64,000 bases of DNA, taken from contig CAUYUJ010000099.1 in NCBI GenBank assembly GCA_963575745.1, forward strand, positions 1-64,000. The letters are read 5' to 3'. This DNA comes from Prorocentrum cordatum. Its lineage: Eukaryota. Shown piece after piece: positions 1 to 13,990 of this stretch. Under the pieces are notes generated by a model. The model was not told where the DNA came from. It did not search any database and was given only the letters and a program-made list of their open reading frames with translations. How positions within the stretch are numbered: the stretch's first letter is position 1; each line of letters starts with the position of its first letter. The translations under genes were made by a program, and so were the position numbers.

Positions 1-118
1 GCGTGTGTGTGCGTGTGTGTGCGAGAGCGAGTGCGTGTGCGTGTGTGTGAGTGTGTGCGTGTGTGTGTGCGTGTGTGTGTGTGTGCGTGTGTGTGTCCGT
101 GTGCGTGTGTGCGTGTGT
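1..118. repeat. (GT)n/(GTGC)n microsatellite
   Basis: Read directly from the sequence. Confidence 0.95.
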
Positions 119-176
119 GAGGACCGCTTGAAAAGCTCAGGAGGGGCTCGGGCCTTCGGGCCACTCCCTGGGTTCA

Positions 177-424
177 GTCGGGCCTGTCCCTCCACCGGGG
201 GGATCTCCAAAAATGGTCCAGAGATAGTCTGGGGACGATGTTTGGACTAGTTACGGTTGATCATTTCTGGAGCATTTCGGGAGTATCTTTTTCATTTTTC
301 GCCCAGGGGGGTCCAGAAATAGTCCGGGGACGATTCTTGGACTACTGTGTTACAGTTTCTGTTGTATTTCTATTGTATTTTCAATTTTTCGCCCCGAATC
401 CTCCTGTCGGGGGACAGGCCCGAC
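177..424. mobile_element. MITE family Y (TIR GTCGGGCMTGTCCC); other copies at 1111-1445, 15023-15175, 39465-39617, 51233-51547, partial ~43163
   Basis: GTCGGGCCTGTCCC...GGGACAGGCCCGAC inverted ends and a shared AGTCTGGGGAC core in five or more dispersed copies. Confidence 0.75.
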
Positions 425-1150
425 CTAATCCTTGGGTTCATGATGGGGAGTTCGTTCGTGGCCGAGGCTCGCCGTGGCCGTGGCCGTGCCCTTCCGTTCC
501 TCGATCCGCGCTGCACTGGTTTGGCGGAGCCCCCCTCCACCCTTCGCACGGCCGCCCTCGCCTTCGCCTCTCTCTTGCACGCCGGACAGTTTCCTGATCG
601 ATCTGCGCTGCACTGGTTTGGCGCAGCCCCCTCCGCCCGGAGGGTTCCAAAGGGGGGACTTTAGGGAGGGGGCTTTCCAGGGAGCACCCCAGGGGCCTCG
701 GAGCCTCGTCAAAACAGGGGGTGCGAAGCCCCTGGGGGACCCCTCCAGCACAACCCCCCTCCCCAAGAAGCCCCCTCTGGAGCCCTCCGGTCCACCCTTC
801 GCGCGGCCGCCCTCGTCCTCGCCTCTCCTCTTGCACGCTGGAAAGTTTGCTGATCGGTTGCCCCGAGTAGCCCCGCGCTGGTGCGGGTTGCCTCCGCCTC
901 GCCGCCGACGAAGAGTGCAGCAGCCCGCACGGAGCAGCGCGTCGCCGGGGCCGCCGCGCTGCGGCGCGCTCCGAGCAGAGTTCCCTACCGCATCGAGAGA
1001 GGCGCCCAGCCTGGGGCCTGGCCTGGAGCAGCAGTGCGCGGCCGCTCTCGGGGGGGGGCGCTCGTCCCCGGCGCGCGGTGTGGGGGGAGGGGTGGGGGCA
1101 ATAGCGTCACGTCGGGCATGTCCCTCTCCAGGAGGAATATTCAAACATGG

Positions 1151-1321
1151 CAGGAGGGAAAAAAACACACAGACACAATTAATTGACGATCCCCTGGAAA
1201 ATATAAGAAAATATAAGAAAATATAGGAAGTGGGGGGGGAGACAAAAATCCAGAAAATATACGAAAATATGGGACATCTGTTTATTTGTGTGTATTTATT
1301 TGTGTGTCCCAGGGCCCCTTG
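1151..1321 (+). mobile_element. ~165-bp dispersed element X; other copies at 46034-46193, 46858-47016, 51357-51516
   Basis: Four colinear copies of CAGGAGGGGAAAAAACACACAGACACAATTAAT...GGAAGTGGGGGGGAAGACAAAAAC...TTTGTGTGTCCCAGGGCCCCTT, all on the + strand. Confidence 0.8.
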
Positions 1322-1576
1322 AACATAGCCAAAAAGGTAGTCTGGAAACGATGTTTGTTTCGATGATCTGTTGACTATGATTGCGCATGTTGGTGATATT
1401 CTTCATTCTTCGTCCAGATGCCCCCTCTGGGAGGACATGCCCGACCTAACAACGGCGCCACGGCGGTCGGCCCGAGAGCGGTCGCGGCGGCGGGCGCAGC
1501 TGGCCCAGGGCGATGCGGTGATGTCCCGTGCAGTGGGCACATGTGCTTGGCATCGCTCGGACGTGTGCATTTCTTT

Positions 1577-1672
1577 TGGCGAGAGCCAACGAGGACCATC
1601 CTGGACCATCGAGCAAAAAATACACGCACGAGACCGAAAAATGCTGGACGTCCGAGCGACGGCAAGTGTGAC
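1577..1672 (+). repeat. Dispersed ~100-bp repeat, second copy at ~3912-4013
   Basis: CCAACGAGGACCATCCTGGACCATCGAGCAAAAAA...TGGACGTCCGAGCGACGGCAAGTGTGA is present twice. Confidence 0.75.
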
Positions 1673-1876
1673 GTCCAAGCGACGGCAAGTGCTTGGCATC
1701 GCTCGGACGTATGCATTTTTTACCTAACAGCGAAGACTGATAGGTTTCTAGTGGTCTCAAAAGCATCATGGTCTCAAAAGCATCATGGCTCCCCAGGGGG
1801 GTCTGGGCAGATGCCGGACGGGTGCCGGACGGGTGACGCGGGAATCCGGGGACTCCTTCTTTACCCAACATTAACG

Positions 1877-2222
1877 CACTTCGTGGTCTTCGAGTCCCCA
1901 GAACTCCATTCCTGGGCATGATTTTGAATGCCCGGAGCCAACTCTAGGCCACTTCGTGTTCTTCGAGTTCCCAGAACTCCATTCCTGGGCATGATTTTGA
2001 ATGCCCGGAGCCAACTGTAGGCCACTTCGTGGTCTTCGAGTTCCCAGAACTCCATTCCTGGGCCTGATTTTGAATGCCCGGAGCCAACTGTAGGCCACTT
2101 CGTGGTCTTCGAGTTCCCAGAACTCCATTCCTGGGCATGATTTTGAATGCCCGGAGCCAACTGTAGGCCACTTCGTGTTCTTCGAGTTCCCAGAACTCCA
2201 TTCCCGGGCCACATTTTGAATG
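1877..2222. repeat. 73-bp tandem repeat, ~4.7 units
   Basis: CACTTCGTG recurs at 1877, 1950, 2023, 2096 and 2169. Confidence 0.9.
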
Positions 2223-3750
2223 CTGAGGCAGGCTGAGGCTGAGGCTGAGGCAGGCTGAGGCTGAGGCAGGCTGAGGCTGAGGCCGAGGCTGAGGCAGACT
2301 GAGGCTGAGGCTGAGGCAGGCTGAGGCTGAGGCTGAGGCAGGCTGAGGCTGAGGCTGAGGCAGGCTGAGGCTGAGGCAGGCTGAGGCTGAGGCTGAGGCT
2401 GATGCAGGCTGAGGCTGAAGGCAGGCGGAGGCTGAGGCCGAGGCTGAAGGCAGACTGAGGCTGAGGCTGAAGCAGGCTGAGGCTGAGGCTGAGGCAGGCT
2501 GAGGCTGAGGCTGAGCAGGCTGATGCTGAGGCTGAGGCTGAGGCTGAGGCTGAGGCTGATGCAGGCTGAGGCAGGCTTGAGCCGAGGGCCGAGGCTAAAG
2601 GCCCAAGACTGAGCGCTGAGGCGAAGCAGGATGAGGCTGAGCAGAGGCAGTGAGGCTGAGGTGAGGGAAGGGGGGCTGATGCTGAGCAAGAGGCACAGGT
2701 GAGGCTGAGGCTGAGGCTGTGGCTGAGGCCTGAAGCAAGGCTTGAGGCTGAGGCCGAGGCGAAGGCAGCGGGAGCTGAGCTGAAGCAGGCTGAGCTGAGG
2801 CAGATGCAGGCTGAGGCTGAGGCTGAGGCAGGCTGAGGCTGAGGCCGAGGCTGAGGCTGATGCTGATGCTGAGGCAGGCTGAGGCTGAGGCAGGCTGAGG
2901 CTGAGGCCGCGGTTGAAGGCAGACTGAGGCTGAAGGCTGAGGCTGAGGCTGGCTGAGGCTGAGGCTGAGGCAGGCTGAGGCTGAGGCAGGCTGAGGCTGA
3001 GGCTGAGGCTGATGCAGGCTGAGGCTGAGGCAGGCTGAGGCTGAGGCCGAGGCTGAAGGCAGACTGAGGCTGAGGCTGAAGCAGGCTGAGGCTGAGGCTG
3101 AGGCAGGCTGAGGCTGAGGCTGAGGCAGGCTGATGCTGAGGCAGGCTGAGGCTGAGGCTGAGGTGAGGCAGGCTGAGGCTGAGGCAGGCCGAGGCTGAGG
3201 CAGACTGAGGCTGAGGCTGAAGCAGGCTGAGGCTGACTGAACTAAGCTGAGCAGGCTGAGGCTGAGGCAGGCTGAGGCTGAGGCTGAGGCTGAGGCAGGC
3301 TGATGCTGAGGCAGGCTGAGGCTGAGGCTGAGGCTGAGGCAGGCAGGCAGACTGAGGCTGAGGCTGAAGCAGGCTGAGGCTGAGGCAGGCTGAGGCTGAG
3401 GCTGAGGCAGGCTGAGGCTGAGGCAGGCTGAGGCTGAGGCTGAGGCTGATGCAGGCTGAGGCTGAGGCAGGCTGAGGCTGAGGCCGAGGCTGAAGGCAGA
3501 CTGAGGCTGAGGCTGAAGCAGGCTGAGGCTGAGGCAGAGGCAGGCTGAGGCTGAGGCTGAGGCAGGCTGATGCTGAGGCAGGCTGAGGCTGAGGCTGAGG
3601 CTGATGCAGGCTGAGGCTGAGGCAGGCTGAGGCTGAGGCCGAGGCTGAAGGCAGACTGATGCTGAGGCTGAAGCAGGCTGAGGCTGAGGCTGAGGCAGGC
3701 TGAGGCTGAGGCAGGCTGAGGCTGAGGCTGAGGCAGGCTGAGGCTGAGGC
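2222..3750. repeat. (GGCTGA)n satellite with GGCA interruptions
   Basis: Read directly from the sequence. Confidence 0.95.
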
Positions 3751-5447
3751 TGTGACTGCGACTGCCGTTGCCACTGCGACTGTCATCGCGAATGCGACTA
3801 CGACTGCGAGAACAGCAGAATTCTACAACTGGATTCTCATCTGAATCTTAAAGGGAATGCTTCCAGATATGATTCTACACATCGCTGTTAGGTTGCTTTG
3901 CCGGGAGAATATGGCGAGAACCAACGAGGACCATCCTGGACCATCGAGCAAAAAAAACACGCACGAAACCGAAAAATGCACGGGAAATGGACGTCCGAGC
4001 GACGGCAAGTGTGAGAGGAGGACAAGGGTACCCATGCCTCTGCCCTTGCCTCGTCTTCCCCTTTCTCGGCCTCCTGGGCGGCCCTCGTCGCCACCGCCGG
4101 CTTCGGCCCGCAATCCTGGTCAGGACGCACCCCGGGAGAGGTCCGAGGAGTGGCGGTAACGGTACCATTTGACGTGCCACTTGCCGTTGGGCACTTCTGC
4201 GGGGCGGGTGCGCGTGACGTTCACGGACCGGGCCGCCGGGCTTGCGGTCCGCTCCTGCCTCTTCGCCGGCTTCCCCGCGCCCCACTGTGCCCCCGCCCCT
4301 TGATAGACCCCTCGCTCACGCCGCTCCCCCTTCCTTCTTGCTTTGTCTGCCTTGCTTGCTGAGTGTTGGTTTCTCTGGTCGACTGTCTCTGTCCCTGGCT
4401 TTCTCTTGTGCTCTGGCTGTTCCCGCTGCGTTGCCCTGGCTCCCTCCCGTGTGTTTGTCCTCTTCCCCCCCGTAACGTGTTGCTCTTTGCTGCTGATGTT
4501 GCCCGATCGTGCTCTGTCCCATCCGCTGCAGCCTGCTTCGCCTTTGCCCTGCTGGAAAGGGATCTGCGTCTCCAGTGGTATCCCTCGACAGCCGCGTTCA
4601 GTCTCGAAGAATGCCCGCCCGAGGGGACTGGAGTGCAGCCCTGGCACCCTCCCCCTTCTAGCTGCGGCAGACTGGCTCAATTCAGAGCCCTGTTGCCATC
4701 TCCTCCCCGACTCCTGCCTGGACCCCCCGTACCGCAGCCGCATTGAATTTCTTCCGCAGTGGATCCCTTTGCGCCGTCAAATCTTGGACCCTCTGCGGCG
4801 CAAGGATTGTTAGCCTTCTGCCGCGCGTGCGCGCCTTGCCATTGGAGCCCTTGAACTCATCGGATGAGCGTATAACTGGCACTTGAGAGTGCAACAGGCA
4901 CTAGCGTGTGCTAGCGTGCAGCAAAGACTAGCATGCATTTACTCCTTCCTCCTCCCGCTCCTTCTGTTTCCTCCTTCTTGACATTGCGCGGACACAGATC
5001 AGATGATCGTTGCGTCGTGTGGCTCGGAAAACATTGAAGAGGCCGACTTCGGCCTGAGACAATCGAATTACGCCTGGCTGTCGCAGCGGCATACAGGAAG
5101 GCAAAGACGGCTAAGCAAAAGAGAGTGAGCCCGCAAGGGCAAGGAGCATGCGCCAGCCAGACGGCGAAGAACAGGAAGAGGACCGAAGCGACTCTATACA
5201 AAGTGATGATCACGATGATCGAGGAGCGAACCGAAGCTTCTGGTTCCTCCTCCTCGCCGCTGTTTCGCAGACAGGCGCCTTGCCTTCGAGCGCCCTGCGA
5301 CGCTCTCGCTCTCCCCCTCGCGTGTCTGGGTCCCGGGCCTTCTGCCTCGAGCGAGCGAGGGCTGTGGGGGGCCTTCGCGCGGCAGCCGGCGGGGCACCCC
5401 CTCGTCGCCATCCCCACCGACTGGGCGCAAGAAAGGATCGTTTCGCG

Positions 5448-5831
5448 GGCCTCGGGGTTGACACCAACACCAATATCGGCGGTACAGTGGGGGCGCGTGC
5501 CAAGAAACCAGTTGGATTTTGCCAGGGTGCCCTGGGTTTCTTGGATTTCGATGGGCTCCCAATCAGATCTTGACGATTTTCGATCGACACATGTGGATTC
5601 TCACTGAACAAATCGCGTATTTCAGGGTTGGGTTTCTTGCGGAGGTTTCTTGTGGCCGAGCCCCCACTGTATGCCTCCACCGGGGGAAGAAGATCCCGAT
5701 CTCGGCGACGGTGGTTATATGCTGGCTTTCAAGGTGCCCGAAGTAGTATCACCGACATCGAAGTCTGGGAGCACCTTCCGCCTGTGGAGGCATACCCCCT
5801 GTGTTGGTATCGGTGCCCATTTTCCAGGCCT
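5448..5831. mobile_element. MITE-like element; shorter copy at 6277-6473 and related internal segment at ~14200-14290
   Basis: Imperfect inverted ends GGCCTC...ACACCAACACCA / TGTTGGTATCGGTGCCC...AGGCC and a shared GAAGAAGATCCCGATCTCGG core. Confidence 0.55.
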
Positions 5832-6919
5832 CTAATGGCTGCCCCCAGGATTCTTTATCGAGGCGCTCGTGATTCGCGGTTCCCCAATCAGTGCTTGCAC
5901 TGAAGGGGTCCTAGCGGATAATGAAAGATTTGGCAAAAGTCCCGGGCCGATTTCGGTAGCCGGCTTGGTTCCCTGGTTCCCGGTTCTGGGTTCCCGGTTG
6001 CTGGTTTTGGGCCGATTTCGGGATCCCACGATCGAGCCTACCATCGATCTCATAATGTTCAAACTATCCACTGATTGGGTTTTTCCCTGGTGTAATTTAC
6101 CACACTGCAGCCAGAGGCAGACTGCGCATGCTGGAATGTGCCACGCCGAAGAGAAACACATCGCAGAGTACAGCATGAGGTGTGGCCAACCAGCTGCAAG
6201 TAGGTGATCAAGTCGTCCCACAGTTGAGCAAGTTAGTTCAGAGCAAGTGCTAGCACGGTTTTCGCACAACTTCGCAGGCCTAGAGGTTAACACCAACACC
6301 AAGATCGGCGGTGTGCTTCCATCGAGGGAAGAAGATCCCGATCTCGGTGATGGTGGTAATATTCTGGCTTCCAAGGTGACCGAAATATTGCCACCACCAC
6401 CACCGAAATCTAGGATCATCTTCCCCCCGTGGAGGCAGCCCCCTGTGTTGGTGTTGGTGCCCATTTCCAGGCCTCCAAAACTACTTCTGGAGCGTTGCTG
6501 CGGTACATTTGCAATCCGGGCTCTCGTGCTTTTCTCCTCCCCTAGCTGCGCCAGGGGGGGAGGGGGGAACCCCGCACGCGAGCCCCCCCGCGGAGGAGAG
6601 CTCCCATCCTCCTCTGGGAATTCGAGGCGGGGCTAACCCCCGTGCTCTCGAACCCCTCGCCGGGGATCTCCCTCTCTCCTCCCCCTCCTCCCCCTCCTCC
6701 TCCTCCTCCTCCTCCTCCTCCGCCTCCTCCTCCTGGAGGCCATTTTTCTTTATTGCCTGGGGCATGACGGGCGTCATGGCCCCCGCTCCCCCCCCCCCTC
6801 CCCTATGACGTGACGCTCCCCCCCCCCCCCAGTGCGCTCCGGGCACTGCCGCCGTGCGCATTGGGGGATCCGCGCAGGTGTCCGCGTAGGAATCCGCATA
6901 GGTGTCTGGTGGTCCGCAG

Positions 6920-6921
<2 letters not shown>

Positions 6922-7010
<89 letters not shown>
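6922..7010. repeat. (GTC)n microsatellite
   Basis: Read directly from the sequence. Confidence 0.95.
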
Positions 7011-7226
7011 GGTGGGGCGCGCCGAAGAACCAGGCACGCCCCGGACGTCCTCTGCTCCCGGACGGGCCCCCGTGGGTGCCACGTGTTGGCCGGCCGGGCG
7101 GTCTGCTGCCGCGGCGGCGCGGGGGCCGGACCCCCTTTCTCTTGCCTGCCCGGCGCTCCCCAGGTCTGCCGGGGAGCCGCCGAGGGCCTCTCTGAGGCCC
7201 AGGAGGGCCTCCAGCTCCGCAGGTTT

Positions 7227-7344
7227 GGGGGGCCACCTGCGAGCCCTACCCCTACCCCCCACGATTTCTGAGGGGGAGGGTGGGGTTCACTTCGTCCCCG
7301 TCAAAACTCGTGGGGGGTAGGGGTAGGGTTCGCATGTGGCCCCC
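7227..7344. mobile_element. Short fold-back MITE; half copy at ~15283-15350
   Basis: GGGGGCCACCTGCGAGCCCTACCCCTACCCCCACGA...TCGTGGGGGGTAGGGGTAGGGTTCGCATGTGGCCCCC long inverted ends. Confidence 0.6.
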
Positions 7345-8537
7345 TACAGATGCCATCTCTACAGTCGGGGCGCTGAACAAGGAACCCTTTTCGTTGGGGG
7401 GGGGGCTCGATGCCCCTTAGTTGTTCCACACCTTGCCCAAGGTTCCCCTTCAGTTTTCGATGGGGAGTCGAAGTTCACCTTACGAAAAAAGGGGCCTCGT
7501 TCCTTATTTAGGGTTCCTTAGGTCAACGCCTCGACTGTACACCACCACCGTTCCTGGCCAGGGCCACCCTGGGCTCCACGATGGTGTATAGACCCTCCTG
7601 GCCTCGGCCAGGAGGCGTATACACCACGCCAGGGCCCAGGATGGCCCTGGCGAGGAGGGGTGGTGGCGTATAGATGCCTTCTGTGTACCAGGATCCTCGG
7701 ACGGGCCTGCCAGGGTTTGGCCGTGGTGCAGAGGCGTGGCGCGGGACTGCGTGGCGAGGGGAGGGGTCACGTTGGCTCAGGCACGTCTCGCCGCCTTCAG
7801 CCAGCGTGCGCAGCGCTTCGCGCACGCCGCCGTGCTCCCCGTTGGGGCGGGCGGACTTGTCCGGGGAGCCCTCGTCGCCATGGCAAGGAACAGCCTGAAC
7901 ACCCTGTGAGAATTGTTTGTTGCTCGAGAGGGGCCCGCAGACCGACAGGGTGGTCGTGGGCAAGCAAGGTGCTTTCGTTCCGATACCCGCGAGGACAGTC
8001 ATGTTCTATTCGTCTCAGGGTGAGGGGGCGAAGGTGGAACCAGAAGCGCGAGGGCGACGAGGAGGATGCGAAGCGGAATGTGGAAGGGGAGAAGGACTAG
8101 AAGGATGAGAGGAGGAGGAGGAGGAGGAGGAGGAGGAGGAGGAGGAGGAGGAGGAGGGGATCAATACTCGGAGGTGGAGAGCGAGGAGGTTGGGGAATTG
8201 CAGAGGGAGGACGAGGACGAGTAGCGCAAGGAGGGCGCGAGGAGCAGGACGAGGGTGGCAGAGGGGCGGGCGGGGTACGACAGGGACGGGGGGACGGAAA
8301 GAGAGAGACGAGGACGCGGGGAGCGGGAGAATGGGGCAGGGGAGCGGGAGGAGATGGCGGACGAGGAGCAGCTGCAGCGAGGGGGGTCGGCTAAGAAGGC
8401 GCCAGTTGTGGCGCTCGATCCTCGCACGGCTGCTCGGAGGGCGGCGCTGGTTCCCCTGGCTTGCACTCGCCCGGTGTCGCTGCCCATCGCGCATCTCGCG
8501 CGCAGGCCCGGCGCCCCCTTCGCCCGCGGCCCGCCAG

Positions 8538-8594
8538 GCGGGCGAAGACTACATAGATCAGAGCGGCGAGCTCACCTTCGACCCGGGCGTCAAG
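8538..8594 (+). CDS. Calx-beta protein (probable Na+/Ca2+ exchanger), exon A: AGEDYIDQSGELTFDPGVK
   Basis: CAG acceptor at 8535-8537 and GT donor at 8595. The peptide has the Calx-beta A-G-x-D-Y...G-x-L-x-F-x-P-G pattern and joins exon B in frame. Confidence 0.85.
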
Positions 8595-8595
8595 G

Positions 8596-9327
<732 letters not shown>

Positions 9328-9329
9328 AG

Positions 9330-9413
9330 GTGCTCCCCATCAGCCTCCAGATCGTCGATGACACTGCGTTCGAGAACGACGAGGAGTTCTTCGTCGACCT
9401 CAAAAGTCCCGAG
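9330..9413 (+). CDS. Calx-beta protein exon B: VLPISLQIVDDTAFENDEEFFVDLKSPE
   Basis: AAG acceptor and GC donor at 9414. The I-V-D-D-x-x-F-E-x-D-E-x-F-x-V-x-L string is the acidic Ca2+-binding motif of Calx-beta/NCX CBD1. Confidence 0.9.
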
Positions 9414-9479
9414 GCTTGGCAAGGGGGAGGCGGCGGGAGGTGGGGTCGAGGGCGAGGAGAGCCGGAAACGGAGAGAATG

Positions 9480-9955
9480 AGATGGAAGAAGAGGATGAGG
9501 AGGAGAAGGAGTGAAAGAGGAGGAGGAAGAGAAGGGGGAAGAGGAGGAGGAGGACGAGGAGGAGGAGGAGGAGGAGAAGGAGGAGGAGGAGGAGGAGGAG
9601 GAGGGGGAAGGAGGGTCGCATTGGATAGACGTGACCTTAGGAGTTCCATGGAGTTCCGAGGGGGGATCAAAGATGAGGAGGAGAAAGAGGAGGAAGAAGA
9701 GGAGGAGGAGGACGAGGACGAGGAGGAGAGCAGGAGGAGTAGAAGGAGGTCGAGGAGGGGGGGGAGGGAGAGGAGGAGGAGGAAGAAGAGGAGGAGGAGG
9801 CAGAAGAAGACGAGGAGGAGGAAGAGGAGGAGGAGGAGGAGGAGGAGGAGGAAGAGGAGGAGGAGGAGGAGGGGGAGAAGGAAGGGGGATCGAATTGGAT
9901 AGACGTGCCATTAGGTCCGAGATCCGAGGGGGATCGTTTGGATGATGATGATGAC

Positions 9956-10005
<50 letters not shown>

Positions 10006-10084
10006 GGAGGAGGAGGAGGATGAGGATGAGGATGAGGATGAGGATGAGGATGATGATGATGATGATGATGATGACGATGATGAC

Positions 10085-10125
<41 letters not shown>

Positions 10126-10149
10126 CGATGATGATGATGATGATGATGC

Positions 10150-10193
<44 letters not shown>

Positions 10194-10219
10194 CTGATGC
10201 TGATGCTGATGCTGATGCT

Positions 10220-10250
<31 letters not shown>

Positions 10251-10265
10251 ATGAGGAAAATGATA
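9480..10265. repeat. Compound (GAG)n/(GAT)n low-complexity tract
   Basis: Read directly from the sequence. Confidence 0.9.
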
Positions 10266-13200
10266 AGAAGCGAGGAGGAGAGAGGAGTGAAGAGGGGAGA
10301 GTGCCAAGCCACATGCGCTCGCACCATATCTGGCATCCGACGTATCCATCCTACGAATCCTTTTCATTGCGTCAAACCCTCTTCTACCCGCCGATTGGGG
10401 TGTCCCAGAAGACATTCATCCCCTAATAGCAGTGGCAGGACTTCACCCATCGTTGGGTACGCAATCAGCGAGGCAGTCCTCTTGCGCATGGGAGACGGAG
10501 CAGGAGGAGGAGGAGGAGGAGGAGGAGGTCCCGCAGCAGCAAGAGGCATGCAGGGGGGTCAAGCATGTGGCCGCCGCTGCAGCGGGAAGGCCCTGTCGAG
10601 CGACCGAGTGCGTTCCGGTGTTCGATACGCGTCGTGAAGATGCGGGCCGCGTAGGGGCGAGAGCGTCAATGCGCTGGGCGGAAGTATGATGGGGACTGAG
10701 ACTTGTGGCCAGCGCTGCAGCGGGAGCGCCATGTGGGGTTCCTTGGGATTGAACCTGGACGTAGTTTCAGGCGGCACCTTCATGTGTGGGTGAAGCGCGA
10801 CGAAGTCTCAAGCGGGGGCGCCCTCCCGACAGGGCTCTCTGGAGCTACCAATCCGAGGGGGCCACCCAAACCTTGCGATTGTCGTCACTTTGGGGCTCCT
10901 GAGGATTGAATCTGGAGGAGGTCTCGAGCGGGAGCCTCCCTAATGTAGGAGGCAGCTGGGGGAGAAAGGAAAGAGTATGATGATGATGACCAGGAGGAGG
11001 AGGAGGAGAAAGAGGAGGAGGAGGAAGAGGAAGAGGAGAAGCATGGCGAGGAGCAGGAAGATGCGAAAAAGTCGGGAGGAGAACGGAGGAGGAGAAAGAG
11101 GAGGAGGAGGGTGAGGAGGAATAGGAGGAGGAGGAGGACGAAAATGAGGAGGGGCGGAAGGAGAGGGAGGAGGCGAACGAGCAGGGGCCGGACCACGACA
11201 ATGACCAGGAGGTCGAGGAGCTTCAGCGGCGACTGCGCAAAGGCAAATATATTCGCGCGCTTCAGGATGAAAACGAGGAGGGGACAGGAAGAAGGCATCC
11301 CCAATCACAGGGACGACGATGAGTACTCCTTTGAAGCATATTCAGGAGATTCTTATGCGGGGCCCTCCCGTCGCAGGAGTTGAAAGGATTGCGGCGCTCA
11401 GACGAGAGCCCAACTTCGAAAAAACATATTTGCTCAATTGTTCTAACTGCTCAGATGTCGGATTTCAGGGTCATAAATGCGGAGGAAAACTTACGCAAAA
11501 CGCCTGCCCCACTCTACCGACGCGCGCGGGGGTGCAACAGGGATGAGTTATTTTTTTCAAAAAGGGGATGAAGGAGGAGGAGAAGGAGGAGGAGGAGGAA
11601 GAGGAGAAGGAGGAGGAGGAAAAGGAGAAGGAGGACGAGGAGGAGGAGGAAAAGGAGGAGGAGGACGACGAAGACGACGACGACGACGCCGACGACGACG
11701 ACGGCGACGACGATGACAACGACCACGACCACGACCACGACCACGACGAGCAGGAAATGGCATAATAGCGCATGTTGAGGCCTCCGGGGGCCCTCTTGGG
11801 GCCTCTTGGGTGCTTCTTGGGGTCCGTCTGGGCGTTTCTTGGGGGCCTCTCGGGGCCTCTTGGGACTCTCTGGGGGTGTCTCAGATTGTTTCCTGGCCTG
11901 TCTGACGCCTTAACGCCTCCGGAAACTGTCTTGGAAAATTGTTTGGGGCAGTCTTGGAGCGTTCTGGTGCCGTTCTGGAGGTCTCTTGTGCCGTTTCGGG
12001 GCCTTCTCGGGGCAATGTGTATGTTTTTTTGATGTGGCAGTTGATGCAGGGATGTTCGTTGTTGCCCGACTTCTTGGGTATCCCCTGACTTTCTGCGGTC
12101 TGTGCTATCAGACAGCAATCGTGATGGACGCGGCCTCGCCTAGGCCCCGTTCGCATCCTTGGCAGCGCCCTTGTGGCTTTTCCCAGGGCGTCCTGGTGCG
12201 CGGGGGCAAGAAGGATGTTGTCTGGCGAGGGTTCCTCGCATCGTGGTGTTGGTTTTGTTTTGTGAGCAGGCGCGTGTTTCGTGTCGGCGAGTTCCAGAGG
12301 CCCTGAACCCTTCAGCTCAATCCTTCTCGTTGGTTTGGGACTCTTTGCTTCCATCCTGATCCCATCCTCCTTTCCTCCGTTCATCCACATTCTCAAGGCA
12401 GGAAAAACCACCCAGACAGGACAATTGGCGTTTACTACAAACCGCCCTGGGCGTTTACAAACAGCCCTGCCCTGTTCGATTCCTTCTTTGGGCGCGTTTA
12501 CTAAACGACTTCGCGTGTCGGGGTGGTTATGATTGGGGGGGACTTTGTTGACCTCTATTCTCCCCCTTCGTGAGGGCCGTCACAGCAGACGGCCTGGCGA
12601 GGGCTCCAGTCGGTGGACAAAATATCGAAATTTATCTGAGCATTCTGAGAAGCAGCGTGCCAACTAGGATCAGATCCCCTCGATCTCTCAGGACCCCCCT
12701 CCATCCCCACACTTCAATGCTGACTTGCACAGTTTTGCCCTCCGGGACGGGGGGGGCCACACCGACGCCAACTTTGACATGCAGGGGGCAGGGGGGGTGG
12801 CTTCGAGATCTCGTCGCAGTCCGCGTGCAGCCGCATGCGTCCACGAGCAACTTGCATTTTTTCGTCCACGCTGTGTATACGCCCTCCTGGCCAAGCCAGG
12901 AGTGCGTGACGTATACACCGCTGCTGGGTTCAGGATGGGCCTGGCCAGGGAGCAGTGGACATGCAGAGATCCCGTCGCCCTAGGAGAAGTGTGTTCCTGC
13001 TGCTGCCCTTATTTCCCCCTCCTCCTCCTCCTCCTCCTCCTCCTCCTGCTCCTCCTCGTCCTCCTCCTCCTCCTCCTCCTCCTCCTCCTCCTCCTCCTCC
13101 TCCTCCTCCTCCTCCTCCTCCTCCTCCTCCTCTCCGTTTCCCCCCACCCCTCCGCGGTTTCTTCCCCCAAAGGGGCTTTTCCTAACCGGTTCTGATCCGT

Positions 13201-13494
13201 TCTCTGCGGCATTGGGCCGGCGCGTCGGCACCGTCGCCTCCCCGCCGCCGCCTCGTCGCCGCCCGCTGTTTCGGCCTGCGCGTCGGTCTGGCGGCTGTGT
13301 GGTTTCCGTCGCCGCCCCGTCGCCGCCCCGTCGCCGCCCGTCGTCTGGGCCTGCGCGGCGGGTCCGCCGCCCTGGGATTGCCGTCGCCGCCCCGCCGCCG
13401 CTTTCGTCGCCGCTCGTCGTCTGGGCCTTGGGTGGCGATGTGGCCGCCGTCGCCGCACCGTCGCCGCGTCGTCGCCGCCCGCCGCCTCCCCACC

Positions 13495-13990
13495 GCACTG
13501 ATTTGCATTGCTCTGCACTGCTCTGCGCCACGTTGCATGGCATCGTATTGCTTTGCGCCGCTTTGGTTGCGTTGTGCTGCATTGCTCTGCATTGTGTTGT
13601 ACTGTTTTGTGTTGCTTTACGCTGCATTGCTGTGCATTGCGATGCTTTGTACTGCGTTGCTGTTGCATTGCTTTGCATAGCGCCGCACTGCGTCGCAGGG
13701 CATTGCGATGGCATTGCGTTGCTTTGCATTGCTTCGCATTGCGCTGCTTTGAATCGCGTTGCTTTGCATTGCTTCGCATCACATTGCATTGCTTTGCATT
13801 GTCTTGCGTTGTTTTGCATTGCTCTGCGTTGCTGTGCTTTGCTTGCGTTGATTTGCATTGCGTTGCATGGTTTTGCGCTGCGTTGCACGTTTTTGCATTG
13901 CTGTGCCTTGCCTTGCAACCAAATTGCATTGTCTTGCATTGCTCTGCATTGCTCTGCATTGTTTTGCATTGATTTGCATTGCTTTGCACT
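13495..13990. repeat. Degenerate (TTGCA/TTGCT)n pentamer satellite
   Basis: Read directly from the sequence. Confidence 0.85.

Noticed and set aside
1877..2222. 73-bp repeat as CRISPR or tRNA array
   Set aside because: The units are near-identical over their full length with no spacers, and I see no cloverleaf or T-loop motif.
1861..3786. 641-aa minus-strand ORF
   Set aside because: It is a translation of the (GGCTGA)n satellite and the 73-bp repeat.
1..8537. Upstream exons of the Calx-beta gene
   Set aside because: No V-x-Y-x-T-x-D-G-T-A-like or transmembrane exon was recognisable. They probably lie before the window.
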